Position numbers and translations under genes: made by a program. The notes below the pieces were generated by a model, which saw only the letters and a list, made by a program, of their open reading frames with translations, did no database searches and had not been told where the DNA came from. Shown one piece after another: positions 36,135 through 46,211 of a DNA stretch of 64,000 nucleotides (position 1 is the first letter of the stretch; every line of letters begins with the position of its first letter). The stretch comes from Minisyncoccota bacterium (GTDB taxonomy: Bacteria; Patescibacteriota; Minisyncoccia; Phycocordibacterales; UBA6065), in the NCBI GenBank assembly GCA_035546035.1, contig DASZXC010000008.1, positions 188,265 through 252,264 on the forward strand, given 5' to 3'.

Positions 36135-37349
36135 CTATAGGCCGGTCGCTTCTGCCGGTGCCGGATTCTGCGCTTCTGCAGCCGAGGCCGGCCGCATCGT
36201 TCGCTTTGTCGAACCTGATCCGTCAGGGAGATCGCCTGAAGGCACCGTCGAGAACCTGTCTTTGAGCTTCAGGAACGGCAGCTCGAACCACCGATAAGAT
36301 GCCATCGCGAGGGCGAGCGTCACGAACGCCGAGAGCCCAACGAAGGATCCGGCCCGCGCGATGCGCACCCACAAATCCCTGGTCCCTGCGTCTGGAAGGA
36401 GCGCATCGACCGCGAACAAGACCGGCGGATGGAATACGTACAGGCCGTAGCTGATCTTCCCGAGGTAGGATAATGATTCCGGGACCTTCACGAGCCGTTG
36501 CCCGTAAACTGCGCCGAACAGGCATAGGCAACAAAGGGCCGCGAGCGGGTAAAACGTCAACGCTCCCCATGCGACCCTGGTGCCCCAAGGCTGGAAGGAA
36601 TCCATGAATAGGAAGAGGAACGGAGGCCCGATCAGTCCCGCCGACAGAAGCAGGAGCCGGACGCGCCCTGATGGAGCCCATCCGCGTTTCCTGATCGCAT
36701 CGGCGAACCATATTCCGGCGAAGATCGCGTCGAGCCGCGCCGGAGAATTGATCCACAGGCCTATCCCTCTGGACACGCAGAACGCCTTGTACGCCGCCGA
36801 GAAGAGAAGGCCGTAAGCGCAGAGCTTGCCGATCCCGATCTCTTTCGGCTTGAACTTCAGCGTCAGCGCCCACACGAAATAGAATTGCTCCTCCATGCCG
36901 ATGGTCCACAAGTGGCCCGTCGTCCCGTTTATGCCGAAGAGCATGAACGAGAAATTGCCGAGGAAGAGCAGGTTCATGACTATGTGGACGCTGCGGATGC
37001 CCGGTTCGAGCGGCTGCCAGACCATGAACACCAGGATGAACCCGAAATACAATGGCCAAATCCGAAGCGCGCGCCTCCAGAAGAAATCGCCGAGACGGAA
37101 ATCGCCTCCGCGCATCTCGCGTTCCCTGAGGATGAGCGTGGTGATGAGAAAGGCGCTGATGCAGAAGAACAGGTCGACGCCGATCGATCCGGAACGGATG
37201 ATCGCGGCGAGCAGGCGCTGCGGCCCCGGCGGCAGGTTGGCGACGAATCCTCCTTTTCCCATGAACTGCACAGACGCATGCAGGGAAAAGACGGACGCGC
37301 ATGCCCAAAACCGGAGCGCGTCCAGTTCCGGACAATAGAATCTTTTCAT
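36135..37349 (-). CDS. acyltransferase family 3 (OafA-like) membrane protein
   Basis: N-terminal ELDALRFWACASV motif and about 10 TM helices. Locally very high GC. Confidence 0.7.
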   Translation of the reverse strand: MKRFYCPELDALRFWACASVFSLHASVQFMGKGGFVANLPPGPQRLLAAIIRSGSIGVDLFFCISAFLITTLILREREMRGGDFRLGDFFWRRALRIWPLYFGFILVFMVWQPLEPGIRSVHIVMNLLFLGNFSFMLFGINGTTGHLWTIGMEEQFYFVWALTLKFKPKEIGIGKLCAYGLLFSAAYKAFCVSRGIGLWINSPARLDAIFAGIWFADAIRKRGWAPSGRVRLLLLSAGLIGPPFLFLFMDSFQPWGTRVAWGALTFYPLAALCCLCLFGAVYGQRLVKVPESLSYLGKISYGLYVFHPPVLFAVDALLPDAGTRDLWVRIARAGSFVGLSAFVTLALAMASYRWFELPFLKLKDRFSTVPSGDLPDGSGSTKRTMRPASAAEAQNPAPAEATGL

Positions 37350-37604
37350 AATGAAGCTGTAAAAGAACTGGCACGTTCCGCCGCACCATGCGACGGTATC
37401 GAGTATGCATCAAAGAATACATCTATAATACAATTTTGTCAATATAAGGCCGAGGAAAGCGGCCCCCGCCTCTCGGCCTCACGCGCTCGATGGGGGGGTT
37501 ACCGGCATGGCATCGGGGTCGGTCGCCTGATGCCCGCGGCCATACACAGGATCGCTTTCCTGTCCTGCTGTGGTGGGACAGGCTAGGTCTGTTAGAATGC
37601 CTCT

Positions 37605-37853
37605 ATGGCCAAGAGAATATCACAAGGCGTCGTGCATACATTGCCCCGGGATATGCGGAAAGCCCTTGCTTCATCCAAAGCGGCTCTTGAGGCGTGGGAA
37701 AGCCTCACGCCCCTCGCGAGGAACGAATGGATCTGCTGGGTCGAGTCGGTCAAGAAGCAAGAGACGAGGGACAATCATGTGAGGAGGGTCCGCGAGGAGC
37801 TCGTCGAAGGCAAGCGCAGGCCGTGCTGCTGGGCGGGATGCCCTCATCGCTGA
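37605..37853 (+). CDS. YdeI/OmpD-associated family small protein
   Basis: LTPLARNEWICWVESVKKQETR pattern. Confidence 0.45.
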   Translation: MAKRISQGVVHTLPRDMRKALASSKAALEAWESLTPLARNEWICWVESVKKQETRDNHVRRVREELVEGKRRPCCWAGCPHR

Positions 37854-37856
37854 TAT

Positions 37857-38600
37857 ATGCGGCCGGATCTCGACAAAAGCATCTTTCCTATCGACGGCTT
37901 CCAGGCGCTCGATAATTTCTCCGCTCACGCGATCGCTCTCTGGGGCAGGGAGTTTCCGACCGCAGAGCATGCGTTCCAATGGAAGAAATTCTCCTATATC
38001 CGTCCGGACATAGCGGAGAGAATCTTTTCTGCGAAGAGTCCGGACGAAGCGAAGTCTATCGCGAAGGCTTCCAAAGCCGATCGTTCCGCAGATTGGAATG
38101 AAAGGAAAGTCTCGGTCATGGAGGAAATACTCAAGGCAAAGGTTTCGCAACACGCCGATGTCCGAGAGACTCTGATCGAGACGGGTGAGCGTACTATAAT
38201 AGAGAACTCTCCCGCGGATAGTTTCTGGGGAATCGGTCCGAATAAGGACGGACAGAATATGGTCGGCAAGATATGGATGGACATAAGGAATTCATATATG
38301 AAAAACACGCAAAAGAAGATCTGGTTCAGGCGCAAGATATTCGGCTGGGGCTGGACCCCGGTGACATGGCAGGGCTGGGCGGTCACGTTCGGGTATGTCG
38401 CTGCCCTCATAGGCTTATCCTTTTTTATAAACGGACAGGCGTCATCGCGCCAAACGGCATCCGTGTTCGCTATTTCGGCGGCGATTCTTACGTTTCTGAT
38501 GATCTTCATCGCCTACAGAACCGGCGAAAAGCCGCGCTGGCAGTGGGGCCGGGATATGGGCGATCCTTCTGGCGCCTCGTCTGACAAAGACGCGCGCTGA
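37857..38600 (+). CDS. NADAR (YbiA-like, DUF1768) domain protein with a C-terminal membrane anchor
   Basis: LDNFSAHAIALWGREFPTAEHAFQWKKF motif, then a predicted TM segment. Confidence 0.6.
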   Translation: MRPDLDKSIFPIDGFQALDNFSAHAIALWGREFPTAEHAFQWKKFSYIRPDIAERIFSAKSPDEAKSIAKASKADRSADWNERKVSVMEEILKAKVSQHADVRETLIETGERTIIENSPADSFWGIGPNKDGQNMVGKIWMDIRNSYMKNTQKKIWFRRKIFGWGWTPVTWQGWAVTFGYVAALIGLSFFINGQASSRQTASVFAISAAILTFLMIFIAYRTGEKPRWQWGRDMGDPSGASSDKDAR

Positions 38601-38612
38601 TATAATCGATGC

Positions 38613-39536
38613 ATGCGTCTCCTTAAGAACGTCCTGTTGCTCGCCGTCGCCGGAGGCTTGTTCGCCGGGACATACTTCATCCTGACGAAGAGCCCGTGCT
38701 CGTCGGCGTTAACGTACAAGATCGGCGATTTCGATTCCCGATTCGGCATAGGCAGAGACGAATTCCTCGCGGACATAGCCGCCGCGGAAGCGGTCTGGGA
38801 AAAGCCGTTCCATGATCTCGGAAGGAAGGGGAACCTCTTCGCATATGATCCGGCCGGCGCCTTGCCGGTAAATCTTATCTATGACGTCCGCCAGGCGATG
38901 TCAGATAAAAATAAGATCCTGTCCGCGAACATAGATGATACGGTCGCCTCGGCGAATGCGATCAAGGCCCAGTTCCAATCGCTGAAAGACGAATATGCGG
39001 CCGATAAAAGCGAATACACAAACCTTTCTTCGCAATTCGAAGCGAGTCTTACGACATACAACAAAGAGACCGCCCGCTGGAATGCGGAGGGCGGCGCTCC
39101 GCAGGCCGAATATGATCGGCTCCAGGCCGAGAAAGCCCGTCTCGAGGCTCTCCGGAATCGGGTCAATGCCAAGGCCGATGCGTTGAACGGCCTAGGCGAT
39201 CAGATAAACGCTCTTATCGACAAATACAATTGGCTCGTGAATTCGGCGAACGAAACCGTAGACAAGATAAACCAGTCGGCGGAGAAGGAATTCGAAGAGG
39301 GCGATTACGTCTCCGACGCGGCCGGGCAGAGGATCGATGTCTATGAATTCGACGGCAAGACGCGGCTCGTCAGGCTCCTCGCGCATGAATTGGGGCATGC
39401 TCTGGGCATAGATCACAACGACGATCCGCAATCGATCATGTATTATCTGAACAAGGGGACGTCTCTTGTGCCTTCGGTCGAAGATATCGCCGCATTGAAA
39501 TCCGCCTGCGCTATCGTCCCAGCGCAAGGGTTATGA
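38613..39536 (+). CDS. secreted zinc metalloprotease (metzincin / matrixin-like) with a coiled-coil region
   Basis: Signal/TM N-terminus, a long coiled coil, and HELGHALGIDH plus a Met-turn (SIMYY). Confidence 0.6.
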   Translation: MRLLKNVLLLAVAGGLFAGTYFILTKSPCSSALTYKIGDFDSRFGIGRDEFLADIAAAEAVWEKPFHDLGRKGNLFAYDPAGALPVNLIYDVRQAMSDKNKILSANIDDTVASANAIKAQFQSLKDEYAADKSEYTNLSSQFEASLTTYNKETARWNAEGGAPQAEYDRLQAEKARLEALRNRVNAKADALNGLGDQINALIDKYNWLVNSANETVDKINQSAEKEFEEGDYVSDAAGQRIDVYEFDGKTRLVRLLAHELGHALGIDHNDDPQSIMYYLNKGTSLVPSVEDIAALKSACAIVPAQGL

Positions 39537-40179
39537 TTTTTTCTGCGCCCCCTTCGGCCAGCGCGCGCCTCGCCTCACCGAGCGTCGCTCCCGTCGTCAC
39601 GATATCGTCTATGACGACGACGGTCTTGCCCGCGAGGAAGGGCGGCGCGCCGCGATCCCCGCGCGATCTTTGTATGGCGAGCGTGTTTCGCACGTTCTCG
39701 AAACGCTCTATCTTATTTTTGCCGACCTGATCGGCGGTCTCGCGAGTCTTTATGAGGATATCCGTCCGTACTTCGAACCGGTCGTGGATGTCGGCTCGGG
39801 CCAAGCCTTCGACGATGAGGTCGCACTGGTTCCAGCCGCGGGTGAGCCGCTTCTTTTTGGTTATGGGAGTGGGGATGACGATAGATCCTTCAGGCATTTC
39901 CATCGCTTTAAGCTCGTCGAAGAGGATCTTTCCGAGAAGGTCGGCGATACGGCGGTTGGAGCGTTCTTTGATCTCCACGAGAGCTGCTTTGGCGGCGGCG
40001 GAGCGGTAGGGGAACAGCGAGATGACGCCGTCATGCTCGGCCCGGCCGGACGCGGCGTCCGGCCGGGCCTTTTTCAGGAATTCCTCCGTCGTCATGCGCT
40101 CTATCGCCGCTATGTCCGGATCCGCCGGCGCGACGACATCGGCTGCTAATACAAGAATCGATTTAAATAGCTTGAGCAT
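39511..40179 (-). CDS. comFC: ComF-family phosphoribosyltransferase (competence protein ComFC-like)
   Basis: C-terminal PRTase motif KTVVVIDDIVTTGATL. Confidence 0.65.
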   Translation of the reverse strand: MLKLFKSILVLAADVVAPADPDIAAIERMTTEEFLKKARPDAASGRAEHDGVISLFPYRSAAAKAALVEIKERSNRRIADLLGKILFDELKAMEMPEGSIVIPTPITKKKRLTRGWNQCDLIVEGLARADIHDRFEVRTDILIKTRETADQVGKNKIERFENVRNTLAIQRSRGDRGAPPFLAGKTVVVIDDIVTTGATLGEARRALAEGGAEKIITLALGR

Positions 40180-40238
40180 TCAGAAACCATACCTAAACGG
40201 CCTGAATAAAAACTGAAGCAGTGGTATAATCGGACCGT

Positions 40239-41372
40239 ATGGCCATTTCTTTTCTTAAAAATCTGTTTTCGGGCCTTTCTAAGAATACGGGACAGAGCGT
40301 TCTCGGCATAGACATCGGCTCTTCCTCCATAAAAGTCGTCCAGCTCCGCAAGAAAGGCGGCAAGGCGACTCTCGAAACGTACGGCGAACTGGCCCTTGGC
40401 CCGTACGCGGGCGTCGAGATCGGCCGCGCCACGAATCTGCCGAACGAAAAGATCGTCGAAGCCCTTCGCGACCTCCTCAAGGAGTCGAACGTGACGACGC
40501 GCTCGTGCGGCATCTCCATCGCCGCCGCGTCGAGCCTGCTCTCCTTCATCCGCATGCCGGATATGGACCAGAAGCAGCTTGCGACTATGATCCCGATCGA
40601 AGCGCGCAAATACATCCCGGTTCCGATAGCCGAAGTCGCCCTCGACTGGTGGGTCATCCCGAAGGAAGAGAGCTCTTTCTCCGAATTCGAAAAGGCTCCC
40701 GCTTCCGGCGCAGCTCCGCAGGACAAGGGTGTGGACGTGCTCCTCGTCGTCATCCATAACGACGTCCTCAATCGCCTCAATCAGATATCGCAGAGCGCCG
40801 AAGTCGCCGCGTCGTTCTATGAGATCGAGATATTCAGCTCGATGCGCTCCGTCGTGGACCAGGGGCTCGAATCGGTCATGGTATTCGATATGGGCGCAGG
40901 CTCGACCAAGCTCTACGTCATCGAGCGCGGCATACTGCGCGCGTCGCACACCATCAACCGCGGCTCGCAGGAGATCACGCTCGCGCTGTCGCGCTCGCTC
41001 GGATCGTCGATAGGGGACGCGGAGCACATAAAACGGACCATCGGTCTTTCGTCCGAACCGGACAATCAGAATATAAAAGAAGTCATCACTCTCAACCTCG
41101 ACTACATCTTCTCGGAGACGAATCGCGTCATCGGCAGCTACGAGCGCAAATACAATAAGAGCATATCGAAAGTCATACTCACGGGCGGCGGCTCGCTCCT
41201 AAAAGGCTTCCTCGACCTAGCCCGCGTCAAATTTCAGACCGAAGTCGTTCTCGGCGACCCGTTCGGAAAGACCGAATCTCCCGCCTTTTTGGAACCCGTT
41301 CTCCGCACGGCCGGTCCGGAATTCGCCGTCGCCATAGGGATCGCCCTCCGAAAGCTCCAGGAGTCGGAGTAA
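40239..41372 (+). CDS. pilM: type IV pilus assembly protein PilM
   Basis: Actin-like ATPase fold (VLGIDIGSSSIKVVQL); first gene of the pilMNO cluster. Confidence 0.8.
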   Translation: MAISFLKNLFSGLSKNTGQSVLGIDIGSSSIKVVQLRKKGGKATLETYGELALGPYAGVEIGRATNLPNEKIVEALRDLLKESNVTTRSCGISIAAASSLLSFIRMPDMDQKQLATMIPIEARKYIPVPIAEVALDWWVIPKEESSFSEFEKAPASGAAPQDKGVDVLLVVIHNDVLNRLNQISQSAEVAASFYEIEIFSSMRSVVDQGLESVMVFDMGAGSTKLYVIERGILRASHTINRGSQEITLALSRSLGSSIGDAEHIKRTIGLSSEPDNQNIKEVITLNLDYIFSETNRVIGSYERKYNKSISKVILTGGGSLLKGFLDLARVKFQTEVVLGDPFGKTESPAFLEPVLRTAGPEFAVAIGIALRKLQESE

Positions 41373-41412
41373 TGGGGATAGCGGACGAGGGTCGCGTAGT
41401 ATAATAATTCCG

Positions 41413-42081
41413 ATGGATCCCCAATTCCGCACATCTTTCATACCCAAGAAACCGATCGTAGCCGCTCCGACGAGGTCATCTTCGTCTATCGGCCTTTTCT
41501 CCCTCCTCGCGACGGTGCTCTTCATCGTGACCGTCGCGGTCTCTGGCGGCATATTCTTCTACCAGAAGCTCCTCAATCAGCAGATAGATACGGACAAGGC
41601 ATCCCTCGACCGCGCTCGCGGAGCGTTCGAGCCCGATATCATCAACCAGATCATCCGCCTCGACTCGCGCATAGAGACGGGTAAGAAGCTCCTCGCGTCG
41701 CACCTCGCGGTGACGCCGTTCTTCGATTTCCTCGGCGGCGTGACGCTCAAGAGCGTCCGCTTCAAGGACTTCAATTTCTCATATATATCTCCCGACAAGA
41801 TCGTCGTCCTCATGAAAGGGCAGGCGACGAGCTATGCCGCGGTCGCCCTCGAATCCGATCTGCTCAATGCTCAGAAGAAGCTTTCTAGCACGATCATCTC
41901 CGACCTCGCTCTCGATCCGCAGGGGACGGTATCGTTCAGCGTCTCGACCGTCCTCGATCCGAGCCTCGTCTCGTTCTCGTCCATAGCGTCGGCGCAGCCT
42001 GTTCAGACCGCGCCTGCGGACGCTACTGCTTCGACGGCGCAGGCTTCGGGAACGACGACCTCTAATAGCAAAGCCCAATGA
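41413..42081 (+). CDS. pilN: PilN-like pilus assembly protein
   Basis: Short cytoplasmic N-terminus, one TM helix, a periplasmic domain; sits between pilM and pilO. Confidence 0.5.
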   Translation: MDPQFRTSFIPKKPIVAAPTRSSSSIGLFSLLATVLFIVTVAVSGGIFFYQKLLNQQIDTDKASLDRARGAFEPDIINQIIRLDSRIETGKKLLASHLAVTPFFDFLGGVTLKSVRFKDFNFSYISPDKIVVLMKGQATSYAAVALESDLLNAQKKLSSTIISDLALDPQGTVSFSVSTVLDPSLVSFSSIASAQPVQTAPADATASTAQASGTTTSNSKAQ

Positions 42082-42611
42082 GCAATATCATCTCCATAGT
42101 ACTCATACTCGCTTCATTCGGCCTCTTCTTCGGCTATATAGACCCGACATATACCAAGGTCCAGGGATTGCGCGTGGATAAAGCCGACTATGACAAGGCT
42201 CTCTCGAATTCGAAAGAGCTTCAGGCCGAGAGGGACAAGCTCCTCGAGAAGTTCAACCAGATGGACAAAGGCGACCTCGACAAGCTGTCCAAGCTCCTCC
42301 CGGACAACATCGACAACATCCGCCTCATCATAGACATAGACAACATGGCGCGAAACTACGGCATGAGGATCAGGAACTTCAAGACCGATACGGGAGCCAA
42401 GACGGACACCATCGGCAAGGACCTCACGCCGTACGGCACGCTGACGCTCACGTTCACGACGACGGCGCCGTATAACACGTTCCTGGCATTCCTTCACGAT
42501 CTCGAAAAGAGCCTTCGCGTCATAGACGTCACCGCGGCGCAGTTCTCGGTGAACGATACGAACCAGCTCTATGATTACAATGTCACCGTAAAGACCTATT
42601 GGCTAAAATAA
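42078..42611 (+). CDS. pilO: PilO-like pilus assembly protein
   Basis: N-terminal TM helix plus coiled coil; position in the cluster. Confidence 0.5.
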   Translation: MSNIISIVLILASFGLFFGYIDPTYTKVQGLRVDKADYDKALSNSKELQAERDKLLEKFNQMDKGDLDKLSKLLPDNIDNIRLIIDIDNMARNYGMRIRNFKTDTGAKTDTIGKDLTPYGTLTLTFTTTAPYNTFLAFLHDLEKSLRVIDVTAAQFSVNDTNQLYDYNVTVKTYWLK

Positions 42612-42612
42612 T

Positions 42613-42951
42613 ATGAGCAACGGATCAAGCAAAAGGAATCTCTTCATAGCCCTGGCGCTCATCATAGCGGTCGGCGTCGCGGGCTATCTCTATACCACTC
42701 GCGACAGGTCGTCTAGCGACCTTCTGGTCGAAGACTTCATCGCCACCTCGACCGTCTCTGTGGACAGCGACCTCCTCGCGACGCTCCGCCAGCTCAAAAA
42801 GCTCCGTCTCGACGACGCGATATTCTCGAGCCCAGCATGGCTCTCTCTGAAGGATTTCGGCCAAGTCATCCCGCCGCAGGCGCCGGGCAGGCCGAATCCG
42901 TTCGCGCCTATAGACGGCGGGGTGACGGCTGCGACGAGCACAGTCCGATAG
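42613..42951 (+). CDS. hypothetical TM protein (PilP-like position)
   Basis: 112 aa with an N-terminal TM helix. Confidence 0.3.
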   Translation: MSNGSSKRNLFIALALIIAVGVAGYLYTTRDRSSSDLLVEDFIATSTVSVDSDLLATLRQLKKLRLDDAIFSSPAWLSLKDFGQVIPPQAPGRPNPFAPIDGGVTAATSTVR

Positions 42952-42988
42952 CCTGCCCCTGCCGTTTCCGTCTCGCATTTCATATCGT

Positions 42989-44698
42989 ATGAGCGTACTC
43001 GACATACTCGTAAACAATAAGGTCATACAGAAAAAGGACGCCGCATCGGCTTCTGAAGAGGCGCGTATGACGGGCGCGCCCGTCGAAGCGATCCTCAAGA
43101 AGAAGGGCATATCCGACGACCAGCTCCTCGCTGCCAAGGGCGAGTATCTCGGCGTGCCGGTGAGATCCCTCAAAGACCAGACGATCCCGTTCGACATACT
43201 CAAATTCATCCCCGAAGAATCGGCGAACCATTATCAGTTCGTTCCGGTCGCGGTCAAGGATAACGTGCTCGAAGTCGGCGTGGTGGATCCTGACGACATC
43301 GAGGCGCGCGACGCGCTGAACTTTATCGCGGCCAAGGTCAATATGCCGTTCAAGGTCTTCCTCATATCAGAGGCGGATTTCAAGAGCGCGCTCACGCTCT
43401 ATAAAGGCCTTTCGGGCGAAGTGACCAAGGCGCTCTCTGAGCTCGAGACCGACATTGCCGACATAGACGGCGACGGCGCCCCTGAAGACAAAGCGCCTTC
43501 GAAGGGTGAGACCCGCATCATCGAAGACGCTCCGGTCACGAAGATCGTGGCGACTATGCTCCGCTATGCCGTCGAAGGCAACGCGTCGGATATCCATGTC
43601 GAGCGGCTTTCCGACAAGGTGCGCGTCCGCTTCCGCGTGGACGGCGACCTTCACACCTCGCTCGTCCTCCCGGTGAAAGTCCACGACGCCGTCATGGCCC
43701 GCATCAAGATCCTCTCGAATATGAAGCTCGACGAGAAGCGAAAGCCGCAGGACGGGCGCTTCTCGGCGCGTATCGAGGGCCGAAAAGTAGACTTCCGCGT
43801 CTCCACATTCCCGGCATATTATGGCGAAAAAGTGGTGATGCGCATCCTCGACCAGGAAAGGGGGATCAAATCGCTCGAAGACATCGGCTTCTCCGATCGG
43901 AACCTCACGGCCATCAGGACCGCTATGAAGCGCCCTTACGGGCTTATCCTCATCTCAGGCCCTACGGGCTCTGGCAAGTCCACGACGCTCTACGCGATGC
44001 TCAACGAGATAAACGACGAGGCCAAGAACGTGCTCTCGCTCGAAGATCCGATCGAATACAATATGGAAGGCGTGTCGCAGTCGCAGGTCCGGCCCGAGAT
44101 CGGCTACACGTTCGCGTCCGGCCTTCGCACCACGCTCCGCCAGGACCCCGATATCATCATGGTGGGCGAGATCCGCGACAAGGAGACGGCCCAGCTCGCC
44201 ATCCAGGCCGCGCTCACCGGCCATCTCGTGCTCTCGACGATCCATACCAATACGGCGATCGGCGTCATCCCGCGCCTCATAGACATGGGCGTCGATCCAT
44301 ACCTCATCGCTCCGACGCTTATATTGAGCATGGCCCAGCGCTTAGCGTCGCGCATATGCGAAGGCGGCAAGGAGCTCCCTGTCGAAGGGGCGATAGACAT
44401 GATGATAGACAAGCAGTTCTCCGATCTTCCGGCCGAATTCAAGAAAGCGGTGGTCAAGCCCAAGGCGGTCCTCGAAGCCCAGGCTTCCTCTGTCTGCCCG
44501 AACGGGGTCCGCGGCCGCATGGCCGTCGCCGAGGTGGTCGAAATGGACCACGAGCTCGAGCGCGCCATCCTTTCGAACGCCACCGAAGACGCCATATACA
44601 AGCTCGCGCGCGGCAGGGGCATGATCACCATGAAAGAAGACGCCATGCTCAAAGCCTTCAAGGGCGAGATCCCGTGGAGCGAAGTGAATAAGCTCTAA
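42989..44698 (+). CDS. pilB: type IV pilus assembly ATPase PilB (GspE family)
   Basis: N-terminal GSPII_E_N domain and Walker A LISGPTGSGKSTTLYAML. Confidence 0.85.
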   Translation: MSVLDILVNNKVIQKKDAASASEEARMTGAPVEAILKKKGISDDQLLAAKGEYLGVPVRSLKDQTIPFDILKFIPEESANHYQFVPVAVKDNVLEVGVVDPDDIEARDALNFIAAKVNMPFKVFLISEADFKSALTLYKGLSGEVTKALSELETDIADIDGDGAPEDKAPSKGETRIIEDAPVTKIVATMLRYAVEGNASDIHVERLSDKVRVRFRVDGDLHTSLVLPVKVHDAVMARIKILSNMKLDEKRKPQDGRFSARIEGRKVDFRVSTFPAYYGEKVVMRILDQERGIKSLEDIGFSDRNLTAIRTAMKRPYGLILISGPTGSGKSTTLYAMLNEINDEAKNVLSLEDPIEYNMEGVSQSQVRPEIGYTFASGLRTTLRQDPDIIMVGEIRDKETAQLAIQAALTGHLVLSTIHTNTAIGVIPRLIDMGVDPYLIAPTLILSMAQRLASRICEGGKELPVEGAIDMMIDKQFSDLPAEFKKAVVKPKAVLEAQASSVCPNGVRGRMAVAEVVEMDHELERAILSNATEDAIYKLARGRGMITMKEDAMLKAFKGEIPWSEVNKL

Positions 44699-44721
44699 AT
44701 ATTCTGGTATATAATAGTCCT

Positions 44722-45138
44722 ATGCCGCCAGCAGCGAACGTTCCGAAGAAAAACATAAAGGTGCTCATCGTCGACGACGACAAGTTCCTCTTGGGCATGT
44801 ACTCGCTCAAATTCTCCAATAACGGATACGACGTCGATACGGGCGTAGGCTCGCAGGCCGCTCTCGACAAGCTCCGCGGAGGGTTCAAGCCCGACATCAT
44901 GCTCTTCGACATCGTCATGCCGTACATGGACGGCCTCGAGCTCCTCAAGACCGTGCGCGACGAGAAGCTCGCTCCCGAATCCGTCGTCGTCATGCTCACG
45001 AATCAGAGCCAGTCGTCGGATATCGAGCGCGCGAAAGAGCTCGGCGTCGACGGCTATATCGTCAAGGCGGCGACTATCCCGTCGGAAGTCCTCCATGAGG
45101 TCGAAAAGATATACGCGGTCAAGAAGGGGAAGAAATAA
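44722..45138 (+). CDS. response regulator receiver domain protein (CheY/PilH-like)
   Basis: VLIVDDDKFLL...DIMLFDIVMPYMDGLEL with the phospho-acceptor Asp context. Confidence 0.7.
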   Translation: MPPAANVPKKNIKVLIVDDDKFLLGMYSLKFSNNGYDVDTGVGSQAALDKLRGGFKPDIMLFDIVMPYMDGLELLKTVRDEKLAPESVVVMLTNQSQSSDIERAKELGVDGYIVKAATIPSEVLHEVEKIYAVKKGKK

Positions 45139-46205
45139 TGGCACTCGACTATAAAAAAGAATTCGAAGAGCTGGTAGAGACGGTGATGAAAGAGGCCGCA
45201 TCGGACCTGCATCTTTCCGTCGGCCGCTATCCGACCGTGCGCGTGAACGGATTCCTTATCCCTTTGATGAATCGCAAGGTGCTCACCAAAGAGGACATGC
45301 TCGGATTCCTCAAAGTCGTGCTCTCGGCGGAAGACCAGGAGCTCTTCGAAAGGAATAAAGAGATAGATTTTTCATACGACTATCACGATAAGGCGCGCTT
45401 CCGCGGCAACGGCTATTTCCAGCAGGGGAATATCTCGTTCGCGTTCCGCCTCATTCCTAAGAAGATCAGGTCGTTCGGCGAGCTCAATCTGCCGCCGATC
45501 CTCGAGACGTTCTGCGAGAAACAGCAGGGGTTCTTCCTCGTGGTCGGTCCCGTAGGGCACGGCAAGACGACGACCTTGGCCGCCATGGTCGAATGCATCA
45601 ACGAGCGCCGCGCCGAGCACATCATCACCATCGAAGACCCGATCGAATACGTGTATGAGCAGAAGAAGTCCATGATAGACCAGCGTGAAGTGCGCCTTGA
45701 CACCGTGGATTTCGGCTCGGCCCTCCGGTCGGTGTTCCGCGAGGACGTGGACGTCATCCTGATCGGCGAGATGCGCGGCATAGACACCATGGCGACAGCC
45801 GTGACCGCCGCAGAGACCGGCCATCTCGTCCTTTCGACCCTGCATACCAATAATGCGGCGCAGACCATAAACCGCATCATAGACTCGTTCCCGGCGAACC
45901 AGCAGGACCAGATCCGCATCCAGCTCGCGGCGACGCTTACCGGCATATTCTCTCAGCGCCTCATCCCGTCCATTTCGGGCGGGCTCGTCCCGGCATACGA
46001 ATTGCTCATCTCGACGCCGGCCGTCCAGAATCTCATCCGCGAGAAGCGCGTCCACGAGATCAACACCGTCATCGAAACGGGCGTAGACCAGGGAATGATA
46101 GACATGAACAGGTCGCTCGCCGAGCTCGTCCGAAAGGGGGAGATCACGGCAGAGAACGCATATCTCTTTTCGCCGAATCCGAAGGTCCTGGAAAGGCTCA
46201 TGTAA
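45138..46205 (+). CDS. pilT: twitching-motility ATPase PilT
   Basis: Walker A VVGPVGHGKTTTLAAMV, a His box and the PilT length. Confidence 0.85.
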   Translation: MALDYKKEFEELVETVMKEAASDLHLSVGRYPTVRVNGFLIPLMNRKVLTKEDMLGFLKVVLSAEDQELFERNKEIDFSYDYHDKARFRGNGYFQQGNISFAFRLIPKKIRSFGELNLPPILETFCEKQQGFFLVVGPVGHGKTTTLAAMVECINERRAEHIITIEDPIEYVYEQKKSMIDQREVRLDTVDFGSALRSVFREDVDVILIGEMRGIDTMATAVTAAETGHLVLSTLHTNNAAQTINRIIDSFPANQQDQIRIQLAATLTGIFSQRLIPSISGGLVPAYELLISTPAVQNLIREKRVHEINTVIETGVDQGMIDMNRSLAELVRKGEITAENAYLFSPNPKVLERLM

Positions 46206-46211
46206 CGCGCC

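Noticed and set aside
36223-37422. 399-aa ORF in another frame on the same strand as the acyltransferase gene
   Set aside because: Its translation is Arg/Pro/Ala-rich, which is typical of a spurious ORF in a sequence of about 68% GC. The overlapping frame encodes a clean 10-TM acyltransferase-3 protein.
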